DNA from: Candidatus Egerieisoma sp. | GTDB lineage: Bacteria; Bacillota; Clostridia; UBA1212; UBA1255 | NCBI GenBank assembly: GCA_045580735.1 | Contig: JAZNOJ010000067.1 | Location: forward strand, 1-59,541 | Length of the DNA stretch: 59,541 bases | Reading direction: 5' to 3' | Shown: piece after piece, positions 46,962 to 57,192 of the stretch | Layout of the letters: every line of letters begins with the position of its first letter | Numbering within the stretch: the stretch's first letter is position 1 | The notes under the pieces: generated by a model | Told to the model about the DNA's origin: nothing | Databases searched by the model: none | Seen by the model: only the letters and a program-made list of their open reading frames with translations | Position numbers and translations under genes: made by a program

Positions 46962-47309
46962 ATGGATGATAATTGTATTTTTTGCAAAATTATTAAAGGC
47001 GAGATTCCAGCAAATGTAGTTTATGAGGATGAATATTGTATTGCATTTAATGATATTAATCCGCAAATGCCTGTACACATCGTTGTTGCAGCCAAAAGAC
47101 ATATTTCAAGTGTTTTGGGATTTAGTAAAGAGGATGCTGCCTTTTTAGGTGGTATACAGCTTGCTATTGCTGAAATAGCAAGACGATTGAATCTTACAGA
47201 AAATGGATTTAGAGTAATCAACAATTGTGGAAAGGATGCCAAACAGTCAGTGCCTCACATTCATTATCATATTTTGGCTGGTGGCGATATGGGAGAAAGG
47301 ATTGTATAA
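46962..47309 (+). CDS. HIT-family (histidine triad) nucleotide-binding protein
   Basis: CIFCKII ... VPHIHYHILAG histidine triad. Confidence 0.9.
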   Translation: MDDNCIFCKIIKGEIPANVVYEDEYCIAFNDINPQMPVHIVVAAKRHISSVLGFSKEDAAFLGGIQLAIAEIARRLNLTENGFRVINNCGKDAKQSVPHIHYHILAGGDMGERIV

Positions 47310-47311
47310 TA

Positions 47312-48382
47312 TTGAGTGCTATAGTTGAAGAATTTCAAGATTTATTCTCATTTGTGACACAATGCGCCTCAAGTCCTGCGCTTTTAATAACTATTGTTTT
47401 GGTTTTAGGTGTTATATTGGTTAATGGTTGGACAGATGCTCCGAACGCAATAGCTACGGTAGTATCCACGGGCTCAATGAAACCTAAAAAAGCAATTTTG
47501 ATGGCAGCATTTATGAACTTTGCAGGAGTTCTTATTATGTCACTTGTTAGTAGTAAAGTAGCCGATACTATATATAAAATGGTTGATTTCAAAGGGGACG
47601 GACGCAAGGCACTTATTGCCTTGTGTGCGTCCTTGTTTGCAATTGTACTATGGGCGGTAGCGGCATGGTGGTTCGGAATACCTACAAGTGAAAGTCATGC
47701 ATTGATAGCAGGTATAACGGGTGCAGCGATTGCATTAGGCGGTGCAGACGGCGTAAATATGAATGAGTGGGTAAAAGTAATAATAGGATTGTTTTTATCA
47801 ACGATATTAGGTTTTACAGCTGGATTTATAATTGTAAAGCTTGTCGTTGCTATTTTCAGAGGAATGGACAGGCGTAAAACAGACAGTTTTTTCAAAGGAG
47901 CACAAATTACAGGTGGTGCTGCGATGGCTTTCATGCATGGAGCTCAGGATGGTCAAAAGTTTATGGGCGTATTTATGTTAGGAAGTATGCTAGCAAGTGG
48001 AAATTATGTTGCTGGCGGTAATTTTGAAACGTCAATATGGCTTATGGTTTTATGTTCCGTTGTTATGAGTTTAGGAACCTCCATAGGAGGATATAGAATA
48101 ATCAAATCTGTAGGCATGGATATGATTTCATTAGAAAAATATCAAGGATTTAGTGCAGATATTGCAGCTGCACTTTGCCTATTGCTAGCTTCACTAACAG
48201 GAATACCTGTTAGTACAACTCATACAAAAACAACAGCCATAATGGGTGTTGGTGCAGCGAAAAGAATTTCGGCAGTGAATTGGGCTGTAGTAAAGGAAAT
48301 GGTACTTGCATGGGTACTCACATTTCCGGGATGTGGTTTAATAGGATACATAATGGCAAAAATATTTTTGGCAATATTTTAA
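47312..48382 (+). CDS. Inorganic phosphate transporter, PiT family
   Basis: GWTDAPNAIATVVST and PVSTTHTKTTAIMGVG PiT repeats. The likely TTG start at 47312 lies after GGGAGAAAGGA. The track ORF start at 47225 lies inside the HIT gene. Confidence 0.85.
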   Translation: MSAIVEEFQDLFSFVTQCASSPALLITIVLVLGVILVNGWTDAPNAIATVVSTGSMKPKKAILMAAFMNFAGVLIMSLVSSKVADTIYKMVDFKGDGRKALIALCASLFAIVLWAVAAWWFGIPTSESHALIAGITGAAIALGGADGVNMNEWVKVIIGLFLSTILGFTAGFIIVKLVVAIFRGMDRRKTDSFFKGAQITGGAAMAFMHGAQDGQKFMGVFMLGSMLASGNYVAGGNFETSIWLMVLCSVVMSLGTSIGGYRIIKSVGMDMISLEKYQGFSADIAAALCLLLASLTGIPVSTTHTKTTAIMGVGAAKRISAVNWAVVKEMVLAWVLTFPGCGLIGYIMAKIFLAIF

Positions 48383-48395
48383 GGAGGATAATTAA

Positions 48396-49031
48396 ATGGC
48401 ACGTAAGAAGGAAGCAGATTTTTTTGAACTTTTGAAGGAAGAAATGAAATATACATCAAAATTGAGCAAGTCATTAAAGGAGCTTTTGTTAAATTTTAAG
48501 AAAGATGGATATAGTGGAGATTTAAGAGAATGTTTAGAAAACATCCATAATATAGAGCACCAAGGAGATCAAGTGCAAAGCAATATCGTTTATGAGCTCA
48601 ATTGTGCATTTATCACTCCAATAGACAGAGAAGATATTTTTATGATTGCTGAAAATATAGATAAAACTACAAATGAAATTGAAGATGTAGCATTTCGATT
48701 TTGGATGTTCGATATAAAACAGCCAAGAGAAGATGTCGTGGATTTTGTTGAACTAGTTTGTAAATGCTGTGATAAAGCAGAGGAGATTCTGTCTGAATTA
48801 CCAAATTATAAAAAATCAAAAATCTTATTTGATTTAATCAAAGAAATGTATAGCCTTGAGCATCAAGGAGACGATATGTATCGAGATGCTGTGAGAAATT
48901 TATTTGTTAGTGAACAGAATCCTGTTGAGATTCAAAAGTGGCGCGAGTTCTATCATGATTTGGAAAATTGCTTTGACTCATGTCGTGAAATTGCAGCATC
49001 AGTAGAAAGAGCAGCAATAAAGAATAGTTAA
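48396..49031 (+). CDS. DUF47 / PhoU-like phosphate-transport accessory protein
   Basis: Two helical repeats each with an EHQGD motif (IEHQGDQV, LEHQGDDM); adjacent to PiT. Confidence 0.75.
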   Translation: MARKKEADFFELLKEEMKYTSKLSKSLKELLLNFKKDGYSGDLRECLENIHNIEHQGDQVQSNIVYELNCAFITPIDREDIFMIAENIDKTTNEIEDVAFRFWMFDIKQPREDVVDFVELVCKCCDKAEEILSELPNYKKSKILFDLIKEMYSLEHQGDDMYRDAVRNLFVSEQNPVEIQKWREFYHDLENCFDSCREIAASVERAAIKNS

Positions 49032-49053
49032 TGTTTTGTAAGGAATAAGTGTT

Positions 49054-49800
49054 ATGCTTTTAAAATGCGACAATATAAGTTTGGCATATGAAAATAATAT
49101 AGTAGTTAAGGATTTATCGTTTGAAATAAGTAATGGAGATTATTTATGTATAATCGGAGAAAACGGCTCCGGTAAAAGTACATTGATGAAAGCTCTGTTA
49201 GGCTTGAAGTCTGTAGATAAGGGTAGTATAGCTTTTGGAGATGGATTAAGAAAAAATCAAATAGGATATTTACCGCAGCAGACAGGAATTCAAAAGGATT
49301 TTCCAGCTTCTGTTTGGGAGGTCGTTTTATCAGGAAGAATTAATTCACTTGGATTTAAACCGTTTTTTACATCAAAGGACAAACAAATAGCAAGAGAAAA
49401 TCTTGAATTACTAAATATAAGTAATTTGAGGAATAAATGCTATAGAGAACTTTCAGGAGGACAACAGCAAAGAGTTCTTTTGGCAAGAGCTTTGTGTGCA
49501 ACCAGCAGACTACTTCTTTTAGATGAACCGGTTGCAGGCCTAGATTTATTAGTAACAGAAGAAATGTATCACATAATCTATGATTTAAATAGAAATCAAG
49601 GTATAACTGTTATAATGATTTCTCACGATTTAGATAGAGCACTTAGGGATGCAACTCATATTTTACATCTTCATCAGGATAATATATTTTTTGGAGAAAA
49701 AGCAGAGTATCTTGAATGTCCTGAATGTCGCAGGTTTACTGAAAGAGAAGCCTCAGAAAAACGTGGCTGTATAGAAAAGAGGTGCGGATGTAATGAGTGA
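49054..49800 (+). CDS. Metal (Zn/Mn-type) ABC transporter ATP-binding protein with Cys-rich C-terminal tail
   Basis: Walker A GENGSGKST, signature LSGGQQQR, Walker B LLLLDEP, and tail ECPECRRFTEREASEKRGCIEKRCGCNE. Confidence 0.8.
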   Translation: MLLKCDNISLAYENNIVVKDLSFEISNGDYLCIIGENGSGKSTLMKALLGLKSVDKGSIAFGDGLRKNQIGYLPQQTGIQKDFPASVWEVVLSGRINSLGFKPFFTSKDKQIARENLELLNISNLRNKCYRELSGGQQQRVLLARALCATSRLLLLDEPVAGLDLLVTEEMYHIIYDLNRNQGITVIMISHDLDRALRDATHILHLHQDNIFFGEKAEYLECPECRRFTEREASEKRGCIEKRCGCNE

Positions 49801-50632
49801 TTTTATTCAGCTTATAAGTGATATGCTTTCATTACCGTTTATGGTGAGAGCCTTTATAGTTGGAATTCTTATTGCATTATGTTCTTCATTGCTTGGCGTT
49901 AATCTAGTTTTAAAAAGATATGCAATGATAGGAGATGGACTTTCGCATGTAGGATTTGGGGCTCTAGCTATTGCTGCTGCGATGAATTTAGCTCCTTTAA
50001 AGATTGCAATTCCAATTGTAATTGTAACAGCTTTTTTACTTTTAAGGATGAGTGAGTCCGGAAAAATGAAAGGTGATTCTGCTATTGCAATGGTGTCATC
50101 ATGCTCACTGGCTCTTGGAGTTCTTATTGTTTCGATTTCATCATCTAATGTAGATTTAAATAGTTATCTTTTTGGAAGCATATATGCAATAGGTGAGGAG
50201 GATATGTATTTAAGTATAATACTATCTGTAATTGTAATTCTGTTATATGTTGTTTTTTACAATAAATTGTTTGCTATTACCTTTGATGAAAATTTTGCAA
50301 GAGCAACAGGTGCAAAGGCTTCAGCGTATAATATGATAATGGCCTGTCTTACAGCTGTAACAGTAGTGATTGGAATGAGGCTCGTTGGTTCGCTTTTGAT
50401 TTCCAGTCTTATTATATTTCCACCAATTACATCGATGCGAATATGTAAAACGTATAAAAATGTAATAATATCATCAATTATAGTATCAATAATTTGCATA
50501 GTGATAGGTATTGTTTCTTCTTTTGTATTAGATGTTCCAGCTAGCTCATGTATAGTTTTAGCTAATCTTATAGCATACTTATTATTTTACATTGTAGGTA
50601 CATTAAAGAGCCGTGTTTGCAGAAATGCATAA
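49793..50632 (+). CDS. Metal ABC transporter permease (ZnuB/MntB-like, ABC-3 family)
   Basis: 279 aa, 8-9 TM segments. MIGDGLSHVGFGA motif. Overlaps the ATPase gene by 8 nt. Confidence 0.8.
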   Translation: MSDFIQLISDMLSLPFMVRAFIVGILIALCSSLLGVNLVLKRYAMIGDGLSHVGFGALAIAAAMNLAPLKIAIPIVIVTAFLLLRMSESGKMKGDSAIAMVSSCSLALGVLIVSISSSNVDLNSYLFGSIYAIGEEDMYLSIILSVIVILLYVVFYNKLFAITFDENFARATGAKASAYNMIMACLTAVTVVIGMRLVGSLLISSLIIFPPITSMRICKTYKNVIISSIIVSIICIVIGIVSSFVLDVPASSCIVLANLIAYLLFYIVGTLKSRVCRNA

Positions 50633-50652
50633 ATAATGTGAGGGTTATAAAT

Positions 50653-53259
50653 ATGGAAAAAATTTTACTAATAGATGGAAATAGCATATTGAACAGAGCT
50701 TATTATGGAACTCAAAGCAGTTATTTAAAAAATGCAGAGGGATTTTCTACAGGCGCCTTGTTTGGATTTATGAATATGCTTCTAAAGCAGCTAGAGGATA
50801 TAAATCCAGAATATGCGGCAGTAGCATTTGATGTTAAAGCTCCTACATTTAGACATGAAAAATATTCTGAATATAAAGCAGGACGTCATGCTACACCAAC
50901 TGAACTTTTAGAACAGTTTCCGGTAGCAAAAGAGTTAATTATTGCAATGGGAATAGCGAGCCTTGAAATGCCAGGATATGAAGCCGATGACTTGCTAGGT
51001 ACGTATTCAAGAATTGCGACAGAAAATAATATAAAGTGCTATATTATGACAGGTGATAGGGATTCTTTGCAATTGGTAAGTGAAAATGTAAATGTACTTC
51101 TATGCTCAACCCAAAAGGGCAGACCACATACTGAGATTTATGATGTCGAAGCTGTAAAAGCAAAATATGGTGTTTTGCCAACAAAGCTTATAGATATGAA
51201 AGCCCTTATGGGAGATTCGTCTGATAACATTCCAGGGGTTCCAGGTGTTGGTGAAAAGACAGCTTCTGCTTTACTAATAGAATTTGGAAGCTTAGACAAT
51301 ATTTACGACAACATTGAAAATGTTAAAAAGGCATCATTAAAAGAAAAATTAATAAATAACAAGGAGCTTGCATATTTAAGTCAAATGCTTGGTAAAATTG
51401 AGCTTTTTGTACCATATGATTTAAAATTTGAAGATATGAAGATGGGCAAAGTCAATACAAGTGAATTGATGAATCTTTTAGATAAGCTAGAGTTTAAAGC
51501 CATTAAGAAAAAGCTTATAGACATGAATGTTTTAACAGAGACAGTGAATTTTGAAACACAAGAAGATGAGCTGTCGCTTTTTTCAATTAATGAAGAATTT
51601 ATAAATGTTCAAAGTGACCTACCATCATTAAGTGCTGAAGAATTTGTGACATTTGTTCAAGAAAAATTGTATGTGTTTTCAAAAGAAGAAGGAGAAGATG
51701 GTTTTTCATTTGATCTTGCATGTGACGAACCAGATAAGGTATATAGAGGCAAGGGAGAAATTGAACCCGAAATCAAAGCATTATTTGAAAATAAAAGCAT
51801 AGGAAAGATTTTTTTTAACGCAAAACCCTTTGTTTCCTTTTTGATAAAAAAGGGAATATATCTAGAAAACATAAAGCATGATCTTTCAGTAGCCTCTTAC
51901 ATTTTAGATTCTACTAGAAAATCGGATAATATAGAAGATGTATGTCGTTTCCTAACATCAAAGCAGCTGCCGGTAAATGTAAACATATTAAAGCCTATGG
52001 CAGAGGCAGCGGAAAAGAAAATAAAAGATGCTTCAATGGAAAATCTATATTCAGAAATCGAGCTTCCTTTAATTAATGTTTTAGCCGAAATGGAAATAGA
52101 AGGATTTAAAGTGGATGCTGAGATATTAAAACAACAGGGTATGGAAATTGAGGCCACTATTGAGAACGATAAAAAGGACATTTTTGCTATTTGCGGTCAT
52201 GAATTTAACATAAATTCGCCTAAACAGCTTGGAATTGTGCTTTTTGAAGAGTTAAAATTAAAATCTGGCAAGAAAACTAAAAGTGGTTATTCAACAAGTC
52301 AGGAGGTTTTGGAGGGACTTGTAGATGAGCATCCTATTATTCCTTTGATTATAGAATATAGACAAAATACAAAGCTTAAATCAACATATATTGATGGACT
52401 TATTAATGTTATTGATAGTAAAACACTTAGAGTTCATTCTTGTTTCAACCAAACTGTAACAGCGACAGGTAGGTTGTCAAGTACTGAACCGAATTTACAA
52501 AATATACCTATTAGAACTGAAATTGGAAGGCTCATAAGGAAAGCATTTATTCCAGCAAAGGAAGGTAATGTTTTGATTGATGCGGATTATTCACAGATTG
52601 AATTGAGAGTTCTTGCTCACATTTCAGGTGACAAGGCTATGTGTGAGGCTTTTAATAATGATGCGGATATTCATACTATTACTGCGGCTCAAGTGAATAA
52701 GATTCCAGTTCATATGGTTAACTCTGAAATGAGAAGCAGAGCAAAGGCTGTGAATTTTGGTATCGTTTATGGCATTAGTGATTTTGGACTTTCAAAGGAC
52801 TTAGGCATTTCTGTATACGAAGCTAAAAAATATATATCCGATTACTTTGACAATTATCCTGGTGTGGAAGCACTACTCAAAAACATGATTGATGAAGCAA
52901 AGGATAAGGGATATGCCGAAACATTAATGGGTAGACGACGTTATCTGCCAGAGCTTACGTCACCAAAGCATATGATAAGAAAGTTTGGTGAAAGAGTTGC
53001 TATGAATATGCCAATTCAAGGTACGGCGGCAGATATTATTAAGCTTGCTATGATTAAGGTTAATAACGAGCTTAAAAGAGGTGGATATAAGGCAAAGCTT
53101 ATTTTGCAGGTACATGATGAGCTTTTAATTGATTCACCTTTAGAAGAAGCAGAAAATGTTACAAAGCTTTTGGAAAAATGTATGCAGGATGCATTTGAAC
53201 TATCTGTTCCGTTGAAGGTAGATGTTAATGCAGGAAAAAGCTGGTATGAGTGTAAGTGA
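50653..53259 (+). CDS. polA: DNA polymerase I
   Basis: 5' nuclease domain (LLIDGNS, GDRDSLQL, GDSSDNIPGVPGVGEKTA) and polymerase motifs A (DYSQIELRVLAH), B (RSRAKAVNFGIVYG) and C (QVHDEL). The ATG at 50653 is preferred over 50617. Confidence 0.95.
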   Translation: MEKILLIDGNSILNRAYYGTQSSYLKNAEGFSTGALFGFMNMLLKQLEDINPEYAAVAFDVKAPTFRHEKYSEYKAGRHATPTELLEQFPVAKELIIAMGIASLEMPGYEADDLLGTYSRIATENNIKCYIMTGDRDSLQLVSENVNVLLCSTQKGRPHTEIYDVEAVKAKYGVLPTKLIDMKALMGDSSDNIPGVPGVGEKTASALLIEFGSLDNIYDNIENVKKASLKEKLINNKELAYLSQMLGKIELFVPYDLKFEDMKMGKVNTSELMNLLDKLEFKAIKKKLIDMNVLTETVNFETQEDELSLFSINEEFINVQSDLPSLSAEEFVTFVQEKLYVFSKEEGEDGFSFDLACDEPDKVYRGKGEIEPEIKALFENKSIGKIFFNAKPFVSFLIKKGIYLENIKHDLSVASYILDSTRKSDNIEDVCRFLTSKQLPVNVNILKPMAEAAEKKIKDASMENLYSEIELPLINVLAEMEIEGFKVDAEILKQQGMEIEATIENDKKDIFAICGHEFNINSPKQLGIVLFEELKLKSGKKTKSGYSTSQEVLEGLVDEHPIIPLIIEYRQNTKLKSTYIDGLINVIDSKTLRVHSCFNQTVTATGRLSSTEPNLQNIPIRTEIGRLIRKAFIPAKEGNVLIDADYSQIELRVLAHISGDKAMCEAFNNDADIHTITAAQVNKIPVHMVNSEMRSRAKAVNFGIVYGISDFGLSKDLGISVYEAKKYISDYFDNYPGVEALLKNMIDEAKDKGYAETLMGRRRYLPELTSPKHMIRKFGERVAMNMPIQGTAADIIKLAMIKVNNELKRGGYKAKLILQVHDELLIDSPLEEAENVTKLLEKCMQDAFELSVPLKVDVNAGKSWYECK

Positions 53260-53303
53260 TATTAGTAATTTTTATCACAAATAGTAGGTTGGAGGAATTT
53301 ATT

Positions 53304-53900
53304 ATGAAAATATTAGGAGTTACTGGTGGTACAGGCTGCGGAAAGACAGTTGTATGCCGTATTTTAAAAGAACAGGGTGGAAAAATTATAGACGCAGACA
53401 AAATTACAAGAAGGCTTCAAGAGCCCGGAGAGGCTGTTTATGAGGAAATTAAACAGCATTTTGGAGAGGAGATTATTCTTCCGGATGGTAATATAGATAG
53501 AAAAAAACTAGGTGCAATAATTTTTTCAGATAAGACACAAAGAGGTATATTAAATAATATTGTACATACAAGAGTTTCAACTGAAATAAAAAAAAGAATT
53601 GAAAAATATGAAGCACAGGGCGATGTGCCTTTTGTTGTTCTTGATGTCCCTATACCTGTAGAGGAAGGCTTTTTTGATACAGCAAATTGTATTTGGGCAG
53701 TTATCGCCAATAATGACATCAGAATTTCCAGAATTATGAAACGAATGGGAATTACAGAGAGTGAAGCAGAGGCTAGAGTAAATGCACAGATGTCTAATAG
53801 GGAATATGAGGATATAGCAGATGTTGCAATAGTGAACGAGGGCAGTGTCGAAGAGCTTAAACAGCTTGTTTTGTTTGAGTTAAAGCGATTTATGGCGTGA
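53304..53900 (+). CDS. coaE: Dephospho-CoA kinase
   Basis: MKILGVTGGTGCGKT P-loop, about 198 aa, immediately downstream of polA as in many Firmicutes. GGAGGA RBS. Confidence 0.9.
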   Translation: MKILGVTGGTGCGKTVVCRILKEQGGKIIDADKITRRLQEPGEAVYEEIKQHFGEEIILPDGNIDRKKLGAIIFSDKTQRGILNNIVHTRVSTEIKKRIEKYEAQGDVPFVVLDVPIPVEEGFFDTANCIWAVIANNDIRISRIMKRMGITESEAEARVNAQMSNREYEDIADVAIVNEGSVEELKQLVLFELKRFMA

Positions 53901-53939
53901 AAAATTTTGTAAAGAATTGAGAGGCTGAAAAAATAATAC

Positions 53940-55664
53940 ATGAAAAGTAAAAATCTTTTAAAAAGAACTATGCCATATTACAAAAAGTATTGGAAATCTA
54001 TGGTATTTGATTTGTTTTGTGCAGGCTTAACAACTATTTGTGAGCTTGTACTTCCGCTAATTATCAAATATTTTACTAATACTGCTATTGAAGATATAGG
54101 AAGTCTTACAATAAGAGCTATATTAATTGCTGGTGGTATTTATATAGTACTTAGAATTATAGACGCCTTTGCAAATTACTATATGGCAACGTATGGACAT
54201 ATTATGGGTACAAAAATTGAAACGGATATGAGAAGGGATATGTTTAATCACCTGCAAAAGCTCTCATTTAAGTATTATGACAGTGCAAAGGTTGGTAAGC
54301 TTATGTCAAGGATTACGACGGATCTCTTTGATGTTACAGAATTTTCACATCATTTTCCTGAAGAGGTTTTTATTGCAGTCATTAAGATATCTGTTTCTTT
54401 TATAATTCTTGTTGGAGTAAATATATGGCTGACATTAGCTATGTTTGCAGTTCTTCCTCTTATGCTTATTGTCACATATAAAATTAGGCATAAAATGAGG
54501 GACGCATTTAAGGAACAGCGTAAATGCTGTGGTGAACTAAATGCGGCTGTTGAGGATAGTCTTTTGGGTATTAGAGTTGTAAAATCGTTTGCTAACGAGC
54601 AGGTTGAAATTCAAAAATTTGCTGAAGGAAATAAAAAGTTTTTTGACGTAAAGGCAAAAGCATATAAGTACATGGGTGCCTTTAGTACATCAACGAGAAT
54701 TTTTGATGGAATAATGTATATACTCGTAGTGATGCTTGGCGCTATTTTTATGATTAAGGGCAAAATACTTCCAGGAGATTATGTTGCGTATTTATTGTAT
54801 GTTTCTACATTACTTGCAAGTGTTAGAAGAATAATAGAATTTACTGAACAATTCCAAAGAGGCATGACTGGAATAGAAAGATTTGCCGAAATAATGGATG
54901 TAGATCCAGATATTAAGGATGCAAAAGATGCCTATGAGCTTCAAAATGTGGAAGGAGAAATAGAGCTTAGGAATGTTACATTTGGTTATGATAATGATAC
55001 AGTGCTTTCAAACATCAATTTAAAGGTAAAAAAAGGTGAAAGCATTGCTCTTGTTGGACCTTCAGGTGGTGGAAAGACAACCTTATGCAGTCTTATACCG
55101 AGATTTTATGAGCTAGATGAGGGTGAAATTTTAATCGATGGAAAAAATATTTGTTCAGTAACCACATCTTCATTGAGAGAAAATATTGGTATCGTTCAAC
55201 AGGATGTATATCTTTTTTCGGGAACTGTTATGGAAAACATAGCATATGGTAAGCCTGGAGCTACTTTAGATGAAATTAAAAATGCTGCTAAGCTTGCCGG
55301 AGCACAGGAATTTATCGAAAAATTACCAAATGGTTATGACACGTATGTTGGAGAACGTGGAGTTAAGCTTTCGGGTGGACAGAAGCAGAGAATAAGTATT
55401 GCTCGCGTATTTTTAAAGAATCCTCCAATTTTAATTTTAGATGAGGCTACGTCAGCGCTCGACAATGAAAGTGAAAAGATTGTTCAAGAGTCACTTGAAA
55501 GACTTGCAAAGGGGAGAACAACTTTTACTATTGCACATAGGCTTTCTACAGTTCGTAATGCTTCTGAAATACTGGTTTTGACGTCAAAGGGAATCGAAGA
55601 ACGCGGTACCCATGAGGAGCTTATAAAGCAAGGCGGAATTTATTCAAACTTGTATAACATATGA
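53940..55664 (+). CDS. ABC exporter, fused permease/ATPase (MsbA/multidrug type)
   Basis: Six N-terminal TM helices, Walker A GPSGGGKTT, LSGGQKQRISIAR and ILILDEATSALD. Confidence 0.9.
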   Translation: MKSKNLLKRTMPYYKKYWKSMVFDLFCAGLTTICELVLPLIIKYFTNTAIEDIGSLTIRAILIAGGIYIVLRIIDAFANYYMATYGHIMGTKIETDMRRDMFNHLQKLSFKYYDSAKVGKLMSRITTDLFDVTEFSHHFPEEVFIAVIKISVSFIILVGVNIWLTLAMFAVLPLMLIVTYKIRHKMRDAFKEQRKCCGELNAAVEDSLLGIRVVKSFANEQVEIQKFAEGNKKFFDVKAKAYKYMGAFSTSTRIFDGIMYILVVMLGAIFMIKGKILPGDYVAYLLYVSTLLASVRRIIEFTEQFQRGMTGIERFAEIMDVDPDIKDAKDAYELQNVEGEIELRNVTFGYDNDTVLSNINLKVKKGESIALVGPSGGGKTTLCSLIPRFYELDEGEILIDGKNICSVTTSSLRENIGIVQQDVYLFSGTVMENIAYGKPGATLDEIKNAAKLAGAQEFIEKLPNGYDTYVGERGVKLSGGQKQRISIARVFLKNPPILILDEATSALDNESEKIVQESLERLAKGRTTFTIAHRLSTVRNASEILVLTSKGIEERGTHEELIKQGGIYSNLYNI

Positions 55665-55785
55665 TTAAATATAACAATTAAACAAACCAATAAAAAATGG
55701 AAAGATTATACATTGAGAAAATACACTTGATTTTATTATTCCTTTGTATATAATGATGGTGATATATTTTATAGGAGGTATAAAA

Positions 55786-57123
55786 ATGAAAAGATTTTTA
55801 GCTGTTTTTTTAGCTGTAGTTATGGCTATGGCTTGCTTTGCTGGCTGTGGAGATAATCCCGAAAAAGCTGATAATAATGAGGTTTCTGGTTCGGTAGATA
55901 AGTCAACTGAGACTTCTTTGTTATCAATCAATGATGTAATGGAGGTTACAGAAAAGCTTAATGAAGGAACAGAATTTTCAACTTCATTAAACATAAATGT
56001 TGTTCCAGAAGAAGAGACAGACCTTAGTGAGCTTGAGGATTCTATGTCTTTCTTTATTAAGAAAAATGAAGATGGTTCTTATGGAATAAATGTTAGCTTG
56101 ATAGGTAAGGCTAATGAAAAAGGTGTGAGTGTAACAATTAAGCTTGGAGATAAAGAGCTTTCTGATGTGATAGTTACAGAGAATATGGATATGTATATAA
56201 ACTTTAAGGATATTATTTCTTTTGTTTATGAGGTTATTGGGCTTCCTGCAGATTTCGAAATGGAAACTGAATATGTTACACTTGATGCAATGGTAGAAAG
56301 TGGTCTTCTTGATGGTTTTATGCCAGTAGAGGAAGAATTTATAGAAGAGGACTTTGTTGATGTAGAAATTAATGAAATCCTTGAAGAGGATTTCTATGAT
56401 GAGAAATCTGACCCATATGCTGAATACGATTCTGATGAATATATTGAGGAGGATTCTTACAGTGATTTCAGTATTAGTGATATTATGTCTCTAATGAATG
56501 ACGAGGAAACTGTAAAAGAGATTCAATCAACAATTGAGCTTGTTACTAATATTGTAATAGTTGTTCTTTCTGATGATGTAGTAGAAGCATTTGCTAAAGA
56601 TATTGTAGAAGCAGTAAAGAATGCTAAAGTAGTAACTATAACAAGTGATTCAGTTGTGTTGGATATTAATGCTGCTTCAATAAAGAATGCTACAAATTCA
56701 ATAATTGATATTATTAACGCAGATGGAGCAAATGCTATAATTGCAGGTATTGATGCTTTAAAAGCTTCAGATAAAATCGAACAGGATATTAAGGATTCGA
56801 TAACAGATGTTGAAAAAGAAGAGCTTCAATCAAATATTAAGGATTCATTTGATAAAGAAGAAATTGGTAAGGCGATTGATGAATTTGCAGAGTCTTGTGG
56901 TAATCCAAATTTAAAGGTTACAGTTAAGGTAGAGGATAATGGTCTTGATGTAAAAGCATCAGCAAGCATGAATCCTTCTGCAGAAATGTCTATGGGATTT
57001 AAGGGCTTGAGTATTGAATTTACTACTTCGATGAAAGCTAATAAGGTAGATGAAATCAAAGCACCTGCTACTTCTATGGATGCTAAAGATTTTGAAGATT
57101 TCATGTATTCATTTGGTATGTGA
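55786..57123 (+). CDS. Highly acidic lipoprotein of unknown function
   Basis: MKRFLAVFLAVVMAMACFAGC lipobox; D/E-rich body. The ATG at 55786 lies after AGGAGG. Confidence 0.65.
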   Translation: MKRFLAVFLAVVMAMACFAGCGDNPEKADNNEVSGSVDKSTETSLLSINDVMEVTEKLNEGTEFSTSLNINVVPEEETDLSELEDSMSFFIKKNEDGSYGINVSLIGKANEKGVSVTIKLGDKELSDVIVTENMDMYINFKDIISFVYEVIGLPADFEMETEYVTLDAMVESGLLDGFMPVEEEFIEEDFVDVEINEILEEDFYDEKSDPYAEYDSDEYIEEDSYSDFSISDIMSLMNDEETVKEIQSTIELVTNIVIVVLSDDVVEAFAKDIVEAVKNAKVVTITSDSVVLDINAASIKNATNSIIDIINADGANAIIAGIDALKASDKIEQDIKDSITDVEKEELQSNIKDSFDKEEIGKAIDEFAESCGNPNLKVTVKVEDNGLDVKASASMNPSAEMSMGFKGLSIEFTTSMKANKVDEIKAPATSMDAKDFEDFMYSFGM

Positions 57124-57149
57124 GGTTGACTTTTAATTAAGTAATTTAT

Positions 57150-57192
57150 AAAGGCTTAGTTACTATTTTAAATAGTGCTAAGCCTTTTTTTT
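57150..57192. terminator. Bidirectional terminator between convergent genes
   Basis: Long imperfect hairpin AAGGCTTAG..ACTATTT / AAATAGT..CTAAGCCTT followed by T8. The A/T run on the opposite side can serve spoVT. Confidence 0.7.

Noticed and set aside
47225-47311. N-terminal extension of the PiT ORF overlapping the HIT gene, and similar 5' extensions at 13208-13303, 50617-50652, 53256-53303 and 55744-55785.
   Set aside because: The extensions overlap upstream genes or lack an RBS. Internal starts with good Shine-Dalgarno spacing give canonical N-termini.
51540-51900. The DNA polymerase I 3'-5' exonuclease region appears to lack the ExoI DxE motif.
   Set aside because: Degenerate proofreading domains are well known in Firmicute and Thermus PolI enzymes, so this is not novel. 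I also cannot verify the alignment register by eye.
55665-55994. 109-aa minus-strand ORF between the ABC exporter and the acidic lipoprotein gene.
   Set aside because: It overlaps the 5' end of the lipoprotein gene in antisense. Its translation mirrors the signal-peptide region. It has no RBS.
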